Assembly: GCF_000020225.1 (NCBI RefSeq)
Contig: NC_010655.1
Span: 30,001-62,000, forward strand
From: Akkermansia muciniphila ATCC BAA-835
Lineage (GTDB): Bacteria; Verrucomicrobiota; Verrucomicrobiia; Verrucomicrobiales; Akkermansiaceae
Length of the DNA: 32,000 bases
Direction: 5' to 3'
Numbering within the stretch: position 1 is the first letter of the stretch; each line of letters begins with the position of its first letter. The notes beneath the pieces are model-generated. The model was not told where the DNA came from. It worked only from the letters and a program-made list of their open reading frames with translations, and did no database searches. This document shows, piece after piece, positions 25,485-32,000 of this stretch. The position numbers were made by a program, and so were the translations under genes.

Positions 25485-26894
25485 ATGCTTGACGCCCTCC
25501 AAAATGCCTTTTTCCAGACCGGGGACACGCTCACATCCTGGCTGTCCGCTTTCAGCAGCTTCCTGTGGGGATGGCCCCTGCTCATCATGCTGCTGGGCAC
25601 GCACCTGTACCTCACCGCCATCCTGCGGTTTCCGCAGCGTTATCTGCTTAAGGCCCTGAAATTGTATTTTGTGAAAGATCATACGGACAAGGGAGATATC
25701 TCCCCGTTCAGCTCCCTGATGGTGGCCCTGGCAGCCAACATCGGCGCCGGGAATATCATCGGCGTGGGCGTGGCGATTGCAGCCGGAGGCCCCGGCGCCG
25801 TCTTTTGGTGCTGGCTGACGGGAGTTCTGGGAATGGCAACCCGTTATTCGGAAGGATTGCTCGCCATCAAATACCGGGTGGAAAACAAGGACGGCAATAT
25901 GAGCGGAGGCCCCATGTTCGTGCTGGAACGCGGTCTGAACAGCAAATGGCTGGGGGCAGCCTTCGCCGTCTTCACGGCCATTGCCGCCTTCGGGATCGGC
26001 AATCTGACGCAAGGGAACGCAGCGGCGGAACAGCTCCACCACGCCTTTTCCATTCCCTCCTGGGGAACAGCCGCCGTTCTGACGGCATTGACGGCTCTGG
26101 TGATGCTGGGAGGCATCCAGGGCATTGCCAGGGTATGCGCTTTCTTCGTGCCGTTCATGGCCGTCATCTATATCATGGGATGCCTGTATATCCTGACCGT
26201 ACAGGCAGAGTATATTATTCCCGCCATCCGGTATATTCTGGACTGCGCCTTCACGGGAGAAGCCGCCGCCGGGGGCGCAGCAGGAGCGGCCGTCATGGCG
26301 GCAATGAGAACCGGTGTGGCCCGGGGCCTCTTTTCCAATGAGGCCGGCCTGGGATCCGCAGCCATCGCCTCCGCCGCAGCGCAGAACCGCAACCCCGTCA
26401 GGCAGGCGCTCATCTCTTCCAGCGGCCCCTTCTGGGATACCGTCATTATCTGCGCCCTGACGGGAATTGTGCTGACCACCAGCATCATCGCGCATCCGGA
26501 CATTTCCTGCACGGACGGCCCCAGGCTTACTACGCTGGCATTCAGCAAAATTCCTTACATAGGCTCCCCTCTGCTCACGCTCAGCCTGGTTACGTTTGTA
26601 GTTTCCACCATTCTGGGCTGGTCCTACTTCGGAGAAAAAGCGCTGGAATACCTGGGAGGCATCCGGCTGATCATGCCTTACCGCGTCATCTGGGTGGCGG
26701 CGGTCTTCATCGGCTGCGTCTCTAAAATAGAACTGGTATGGATTTTTGCAGACTGCGCCAACGGCCTGATGGCCCTGCCCAACCTCATTTCCCTGCTGGC
26801 ACTTTCCGGCGTGCTTGTCCAGCAAACGCGGTACTACCTCTGGCAGCACAGGCTGGACGATTACGACGAATCCCACATACCGGAAGGAAAATAA
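25485..26894 (+). CDS. Alanine/glycine:cation symporter (AGCS family)
   Basis: About 469 aa and polytopic, with family blocks GDISPFSSLMVALAANIGAGNIIGVGVAIAAGGPGAVFWCW, ARGLFSNEAGLGSAAIASAAA and GWSYFGEKALEYL. The ATG at 25485 (MLDALQNAFF) is preferred over the TTG at 25437. Confidence 0.85.
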   Translation: MLDALQNAFFQTGDTLTSWLSAFSSFLWGWPLLIMLLGTHLYLTAILRFPQRYLLKALKLYFVKDHTDKGDISPFSSLMVALAANIGAGNIIGVGVAIAAGGPGAVFWCWLTGVLGMATRYSEGLLAIKYRVENKDGNMSGGPMFVLERGLNSKWLGAAFAVFTAIAAFGIGNLTQGNAAAEQLHHAFSIPSWGTAAVLTALTALVMLGGIQGIARVCAFFVPFMAVIYIMGCLYILTVQAEYIIPAIRYILDCAFTGEAAAGGAAGAAVMAAMRTGVARGLFSNEAGLGSAAIASAAAQNRNPVRQALISSSGPFWDTVIICALTGIVLTTSIIAHPDISCTDGPRLTTLAFSKIPYIGSPLLTLSLVTFVVSTILGWSYFGEKALEYLGGIRLIMPYRVIWVAAVFIGCVSKIELVWIFADCANGLMALPNLISLLALSGVLVQQTRYYLWQHRLDDYDESHIPEGK

Positions 26895-26981
26895 CGATTT
26901 TTTTAACTCGGATTCAAATAATTCTTGCCTTTCGGCTTCCGGTAGTATTTACTTCGCCGCGCAGTCCCTGCAAACCTAAAA

Positions 26982-27057
26982 GTCGCGTTCGTCTAGCGGT
27001 CCAGGACTCCCGCCTTTCACGCGGGCAACACGGGTTCGAGTCCCGTACGCGATGCCA
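26982..27057 (+). tRNA. tRNA-Glu (anticodon UUC), CCA encoded
   Basis: Folded by hand. Acceptor stem GTCGCGT/ACGCGAT (with a G-U at pair 1-72), anticodon stem CCCGC/GCGGG with loop CTTTCAC, T-arm ACGGG-TTCGAGT-CCCGT, discriminator G, then CCA. The overall form resembles typical bacterial tRNA-Glu. Confidence 0.9.
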
Positions 27058-27296
27058 GCTTTACCGCCGCGGCAGTTACGATAATTCCGCTTTTCCCCTT
27101 TTCAGGGAAGCATATTGGAAAAACGTAATGGCTGCGGTTTTCTTTTGGCCCGGTTTTCCGGATTCAGGAAAGCGCGGCAGAGGCGCCGGAAGCGGAATCC
27201 CTCCCTGCTTTTAAATGCCGGAACATGTCTTACATCCCCCGGATTTGGCTTTCAGAAAGCCCCGCCATCTTTTAAAATCCTTTACACGCAAACGCC

Positions 27297-28373
27297 ATGG
27301 ATTACACACCTCTCATTGAAAAACGCCGCCAGCGCCTTGAAGAATTGGAAACAGTCATTGCCGAACCGGACTTCTTCAATGACCAGAAAAAGGCCTCGGA
27401 AATCATGAGAGAGCACCGCCGCCTGAAGGAACTCATGGAAACATGGGATTCCCTGAACGCCACGGAACAACAGCTGGCGGACAACCAGGAACTGGCCAAG
27501 ACGGACGATCCGGAATTAGCGGAACTGGCCGCCCTGGAGATTCCAGAACTGGAAGCCGCCCTGGAAAAACTGCGGAGCGACGTGCAGTACAGCCTGCTAC
27601 CCCGCGACACGACGGAAGACCGGGACGCCATCATTGAAATCCGCGCCGGAACGGGCGGGGATGAAGCCTCCCTGTTTGCCGGAGACCTGCTGCGGATGTA
27701 CCAGCGTTTTGCGGAAGAACGCGGCTGGCGCTTCGAGCATCTGGAAAGCAGCCCGTCGGACGTGGGCGGATTCAAGGAAGTCGTCTGCCGCATTGCCGGG
27801 GAAGAAGTGTTCCGCTTCCTGAAATATGAAGGCGGCGTGCACCGTGTGCAGCGCGTTCCCGCTACGGAAACGCAGGGGCGCATCCATACTTCCACCGCCA
27901 CCGTGGCCGTCATGCCGGAAGCGGAGGAAGTGGACATAGAAATCCGCCCGGAAGATCTCCGCATCGAAGTATGCCGTTCCGGCGGAGCCGGAGGCCAGCA
28001 TGTGAACAAAACGGAATCCGCCGTTCAGATATGGCACATACCCACGGGCGTTTATGTCCGGTGCGAGGAAGAGCGCAGCCAGATGAAAAACCGAGAAAAA
28101 GGCATGAAAATCCTGCGCGCCAAGCTCTTTGAAGCCAAAAAACGGGAAGAGGCGGAAAAATACTCCGCCGCGCGCCGCAATCTCATCGGCTCCGGCGGCC
28201 GTGAAGAAAAGATACGCACATACAACTTCCCGCAGAACCGTCTGACAGACCACCGCATCGGCTACACGTCCCACAATCTGGACGGTATCCTGATGGGGCA
28301 GCTGGAAGACCTGATTATGGCCCTCCAGCATGCGGAAATGCAGGAACGCCTGGCGGAGGCCGGAATGTCCTAA
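27297..28373 (+). CDS. prfA: Peptide chain release factor 1
   Basis: 358 aa with the PAT tripeptide anticodon motif (RVPATETQGRIHTS) and the GGQ motif (RSGGAGGQHVNKTESAV). Confidence 0.95.
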   Translation: MDYTPLIEKRRQRLEELETVIAEPDFFNDQKKASEIMREHRRLKELMETWDSLNATEQQLADNQELAKTDDPELAELAALEIPELEAALEKLRSDVQYSLLPRDTTEDRDAIIEIRAGTGGDEASLFAGDLLRMYQRFAEERGWRFEHLESSPSDVGGFKEVVCRIAGEEVFRFLKYEGGVHRVQRVPATETQGRIHTSTATVAVMPEAEEVDIEIRPEDLRIEVCRSGGAGGQHVNKTESAVQIWHIPTGVYVRCEEERSQMKNREKGMKILRAKLFEAKKREEAEKYSAARRNLIGSGGREEKIRTYNFPQNRLTDHRIGYTSHNLDGILMGQLEDLIMALQHAEMQERLAEAGMS

Positions 28374-28389
28374 CTTCCTTTTTCCTTTC

Positions 28390-29295
28390 ATGAAAACTTT
28401 ACTGGAAGTCCTTCAGGCCGGCACGGATTATCTGGCCCGCCAGGGGTGCGACGAGGCACGCGCCACCATGCAGCATTTGCTGGCCCATGTCCTGCACTGC
28501 AACCGCACGGCTCTTTACTCCCAGTTTGACAGGCCCGTGGAAGAAGCGGAGCTGGCACCCCTGCGCGAACTGCTGAAACGCAGGGCAGCGGGAGAACCGC
28601 TGCAGCATCTGCTGGGGGTCACGGAATTTTTCCGGAGAGATTTCCTGACGGATGCCCGCGCCCTGATTCCCCGCCCGGAAACCGAGGAACTGGTGGAAAT
28701 GGTGTTAAAGAAAATCCCGGACCATCCGGTACGCATCCTGGACATGGGCACGGGCTCCGGCGTTATCGGCGTCACGCTGGCGCTGGAACTCAAGGAGCGC
28801 GCCGGAGAAGTCGTGCTGGCGGACATTTCCCCGCAGGCTCTGGATCTGGCCCTGGAAAATGCCATGCGGCTGGGAGCCAGAGTCTCCACCATCCAGACGA
28901 ATCTGTTCGCCAACATTTCCCAGGAAAAAACGGATCCGCATGCGGAGGATGCCGATTCTGCTCCGGAGGGAAAAAAAGGGGAAAACGGGCGGAACATGCT
29001 CTTTGACGTTATCGTGGCCAATCTGCCATACATTGCAGAGGGGGAAAAACTTGCCCCGGAAGTCATGAAAGACCCCCATACAGCCCTGTTCGGAGGCCCT
29101 AAAGGCTGGGAAATCATTGAACGCTTTCTGGCCCGCGCCAGGGATTACCTGAACGAAGACGGCTTTGTAGCCCTGGAAATCGGGTACGACCAGGCATCCG
29201 TCGTAACGCAAATCATGGATGGATACGGCTACAATTACATTGAAGTTCTGAAGGACATGAGCGGCGTCTCCCGTTTCCCCTTCGGCTATCGTTAA
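28390..29295 (+). CDS. prmC: Release-factor glutamine methyltransferase (PrmC/HemK)
   Basis: It lies immediately after prfA. It has the SAM motif ILDMGTGSGVIG and LIPRPETE. Catalytic motif IV reads VANLPYI where NPPY is usual. The ATG at 28390 (MKTLLEVL) is preferred over the ORF-track start at 28330, which would overlap prfA. Confidence 0.85.
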   Translation: MKTLLEVLQAGTDYLARQGCDEARATMQHLLAHVLHCNRTALYSQFDRPVEEAELAPLRELLKRRAAGEPLQHLLGVTEFFRRDFLTDARALIPRPETEELVEMVLKKIPDHPVRILDMGTGSGVIGVTLALELKERAGEVVLADISPQALDLALENAMRLGARVSTIQTNLFANISQEKTDPHAEDADSAPEGKKGENGRNMLFDVIVANLPYIAEGEKLAPEVMKDPHTALFGGPKGWEIIERFLARARDYLNEDGFVALEIGYDQASVVTQIMDGYGYNYIEVLKDMSGVSRFPFGYR

Positions 29296-29316
29296 TGTTA
29301 TCCTCCTTTTCACTCC

Positions 29317-31533
29317 ATGCAGGCGGCGCGCATTCTGGTTGACGGACAAAGCGATCTGGTACTGGATTACGGTATTCCTCCGGAAGCGGGAGACGTCAAG
29401 CCGGGCTGCCGCGTACAGGTGCCCCTGCGCAACAGAACGGCTACCGGAACCGTGCTTACGCTGTCAGAACCGGCCCCGGCCTGGAAGGACAGGCTCAAGC
29501 CCATTCTGAAACTGATCGATCCGGAGCCCCTGATTTCCCCGGTGATGATGAATCTGGCCTCATGGGCGGCGGACTATTACTCCGTGGCTCTGGATCAGAT
29601 GATCCGGTGTCTGCTCCCGGAAACCGTTCGTCAGGAAAATACGGCGGAAAAAATGCGCAAAATGGTGTATCTGGAAAAAACTCCGGCACGGGAGGAACTG
29701 GACGCCCTGTACCGCAAAGCACCCCGGCAGGCCCAAATGCTGGATTATTTCTCATCCGCGAAACAACAGTCCGCCCCCCTGGCGGCATTCGGCGCCGGAG
29801 CCCTGAACGTTGCCCGCAGCCTGGAAGCCAAAGGCTTCATCTCCCTGAAAGAAGAGGCCGTGCACCGGGACCCCAGCACCGGGGAGCAATTCGTCCCCAC
29901 CCAGCCCATGAAGCTGAACAGCCAGCAGCAGAAAGCGCTGGAAGAAATCACGGCCATGTGCGCGGCAGAGCGCAAAAAACCGGTCCTGCTGCAAGGAGTT
30001 ACCGGTTCCGGCAAGACGGAGGTTTACTTACAGGCCGTTTCCCAAATAGTAAAATCCGGAAAATCCGCCCTGATCATGGTGCCGGAAATTTCCCTGACGC
30101 CCCAGACGGTTCAGCGTTTCAAATCCCGTTTCGCAGAACTGCCTTCCTCCGTGGCAGTGCTGCACAGCCTCCTCTCGGACGGGGAGCGCTTTGACGAATG
30201 GCATGCCATCCGTTCCGGAAAAGCCCGCATCGTCATCGGTCCCCGTTCCGCCGTCTTCGCCCCCCTCCAAAATCTGGGCCTGGTGATTGTGGATGAAGAA
30301 CACGACGCCTCTTACAAACAGGAAAGCTCCCCCCGCTACCACGGGCGGGATCTGGCCGTGCTGCGCGCCCATCTGGAAAATTGCGCCGTGCTTCTTGGCT
30401 CTGCCACTCCCTCCCTGGAAAGCATCCATAACGCCCTGATTGGAAAATATTCCCTGGTAAAACTGACGGAAAGGGCGGACGGCCAGCAGCTCCCGCTCAT
30501 TCGCATCCTGGACATGAAAACGGAAGGAAGGAACAAATCCGGTCCCAACGTTATCTCCGAACGCCTCAGGATGTCCATTGACCGGCGTCTCGACAAGGGG
30601 GAACAGGTCATCCTGCTGCTCAACAGGCGCGGATTCGCACGCTCCATCCAATGCCCGGACTGCGGCCACGTAGTCACGTGCCTGCACTGCTCCCTGCCCC
30701 TGACCTACCACCGTACGGAAGACCGCCTCATGTGCCACCTGTGCGGATTCAAAGCCCTCCCGCCCCGTTCCTGCCCGGAATGCCGGTCCGCCAACATCCT
30801 GCTCCAGGGGTACGGAACCCAGAAAGTGGAGGAACTCCTGCGCCGCACCTTCCCTGCGGCGCGCATCACGCGCGTGGATGCGGACGTGGCCCGGCGGAAA
30901 AACGCCGTCCGGACCATTCTGAACCAGTTTCGCGCCCATAAGATAGATATTCTCCTGGGCACCCAAATGATCGCCAAAGGTTTGGATTTTCCCAACGTGA
31001 CGCTGGTAGGCGTACTGAACGCGGACCTGGGGCTCCACATCCCGGATCCCCGTGCAGGGGAACGCACTTTCCAGCTCCTGACGCAGGTAGCGGGCCGCGC
31101 CGGCCGCGGCGATCTTTCCGGAGAAGTCATTATCCAGACTTTTACGCCCCAGTCCCCCTCCCTGCAATACGCCCGGCACCATGACACGGACGGCTTTGCA
31201 GCCCAGGAACTGGAAATGCGGCGTACTTTCGACCTCCCCCCCTTCACCCATATCGCCGTCTTGACCATACGTTCCCAGCATGAAAGCATGGCGGAATTCG
31301 CCACGCAAACCCTCGCGGCCCGCCTGCGCGGCATGCTCCCCCCTCCCGCCACGATGACCGACCCCATGCCTGCCCCCATCCCCCGTGCGCACGGACAGTT
31401 CAGATTCCAGATTACGGTCAAGGGGCCATCCGCCCGCATCCTCTCCCGCACTCTCCGGAAACTGGTGCAGGAAGCCGGCCTGGGGGAAGACTTGACGGCT
31501 GTCATTGATGTGGATGCCATGTCATTCATGTAA
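29317..31533 (+). CDS. priA: Primosomal protein N' (replication restart helicase PriA)
   Basis: 738 aa with Walker A LLQGVTGSGKTEVY, the DEAH-type box VIVDEEHDASYKQ and the Cys-rich zinc region CPDCGHVVTCLHCSLPLTYHRTEDRLMCHLCGF...CPECRS. Confidence 0.9.
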   Translation: MQAARILVDGQSDLVLDYGIPPEAGDVKPGCRVQVPLRNRTATGTVLTLSEPAPAWKDRLKPILKLIDPEPLISPVMMNLASWAADYYSVALDQMIRCLLPETVRQENTAEKMRKMVYLEKTPAREELDALYRKAPRQAQMLDYFSSAKQQSAPLAAFGAGALNVARSLEAKGFISLKEEAVHRDPSTGEQFVPTQPMKLNSQQQKALEEITAMCAAERKKPVLLQGVTGSGKTEVYLQAVSQIVKSGKSALIMVPEISLTPQTVQRFKSRFAELPSSVAVLHSLLSDGERFDEWHAIRSGKARIVIGPRSAVFAPLQNLGLVIVDEEHDASYKQESSPRYHGRDLAVLRAHLENCAVLLGSATPSLESIHNALIGKYSLVKLTERADGQQLPLIRILDMKTEGRNKSGPNVISERLRMSIDRRLDKGEQVILLLNRRGFARSIQCPDCGHVVTCLHCSLPLTYHRTEDRLMCHLCGFKALPPRSCPECRSANILLQGYGTQKVEELLRRTFPAARITRVDADVARRKNAVRTILNQFRAHKIDILLGTQMIAKGLDFPNVTLVGVLNADLGLHIPDPRAGERTFQLLTQVAGRAGRGDLSGEVIIQTFTPQSPSLQYARHHDTDGFAAQELEMRRTFDLPPFTHIAVLTIRSQHESMAEFATQTLAARLRGMLPPPATMTDPMPAPIPRAHGQFRFQITVKGPSARILSRTLRKLVQEAGLGEDLTAVIDVDAMSFM

Positions 31534-31592
31534 GCCGCCTTGCCAAAACCGGCCGGGAACATTAGACTTTCGGCACAACACAACTTACTATT

Positions 31593-32000
31593 ATGCTGCT
31601 TCACTTCTACAAGATGACGGGTGCCGGCAACGACTTTGTCATGGTGGACAATCGTGACCTGAGCCTCTCCTCCGTGCTGGACAGAGAAACCATAGAAGCC
31701 CTGTGTGACCGCCGCTTCGGCATTGGGGCTGACGGGTTGATCGCCGTGGAACCTTCCCAGGGCAAGGGGGGAATTGTTCGTATGCGTTATTACAATGCGG
31801 ACGGCGGAGAAGCGGAAATGTGCGGCAATGGCGCCCGCTGCTTCGGCAACTTTGCCGCCGCCCTGCTTCATCACGACAAGACAGCCCCCCTTCCTTTTGA
31901 AACCATGGCCGGCGTCGTCACCGCAACCTTTGAAAAAGACGGCAACGTCACCGTAAACCTGACCAATCCCCACTCCATGCAGCTCTTCGTGCTGAATGCC
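31593..32000 (+). CDS. dapF: Diaminopimelate epimerase, N-terminal 136 codons; the CDS runs off the right edge
   Basis: My manual translation from the ATG at 31593 is MLLHFYKMTGAGNDFVMVDNRD...RMRYYNADGGEAEMCGNGARCFGNF. It contains the DapF N-terminal GxGNDF motif and the active-site Cys motif (MCGNGARC). The frame stays open to base 32000. This ORF is absent from the supplied track because it has no stop in the window. Confidence 0.85.
   Translation, partial: MLLHFYKMTGAGNDFVMVDNRDLSLSSVLDRETIEALCDRRFGIGADGLIAVEPSQGKGGIVRMRYYNADGGEAEMCGNGARCFGNFAAALLHHDKTAPLPFETMAGVVTATFEKDGNVTVNLTNPHSMQLFVLNA

Noticed and set aside
618-28389. N-terminal extensions implied by ORF-track starts at 618, 1260, 6479, 11116, 11884, 21476, 21667, 23321, 25437 and 28330.
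   Set aside because: Several of these starts are TTG codons (618, 6479, 11884, 21476, 25437). Others would overlap the upstream gene or place 15-70 non-conserved residues ahead of a canonical N-terminus or signal peptide. Internal ATGs give lengths and N-termini typical of the families.
1-32000. CRISPR arrays, IS elements, integrases, prophage genes, restriction-modification systems and T6SS genes.
   Set aside because: I saw no regularly spaced direct repeats and no ORF with transposase, recombinase, phage-structural, methyltransferase-endonuclease or Hcp/VgrG/PAAR-like sequence in any frame.

Overview
This 32-kb window is about 55% G+C. Its gene content and style resemble a verrucomicrobial gut mucin degrader such as Akkermansia, but I cannot verify that from sequence alone. 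Most of it is ordinary chromosomal backbone: mntP, two secreted proteins, rarA, a HexNAc kinase / nucleotidyltransferase / 4-epimerase operon, an M50 protease, proS, gadC-like plus glsA, a GNAT, an alanine/glycine:cation symporter, prfA-prmC, priA, dapF, and tRNA-Gly(GCC) and tRNA-Glu(UUC). The exception is a roughly 7.8-kb accessory segment (about 13.86-21.67 kb) directly after tRNA-Gly. It carries a ~1957-aa Rhs/YD-repeat protein on the minus strand. The last ~230 codons of that gene switch abruptly to AT-rich composition and encode an unassigned zincin-type (HEAGHLMGLSDDY) tip. Two AT-rich small exported or membrane-anchored ORFs follow as immunity candidates, and then a frameshifted relic of a second Rhs core end. 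The Rhs N-terminus has no Sec signal or PAAR-like motif. It starts instead with a PA14-like beta-sandwich and an acidic, CxC-containing linker. This cassette is the best candidate for an uncharacterised system in the window. All family calls rest on motif recognition by eye, since no searches could be run.
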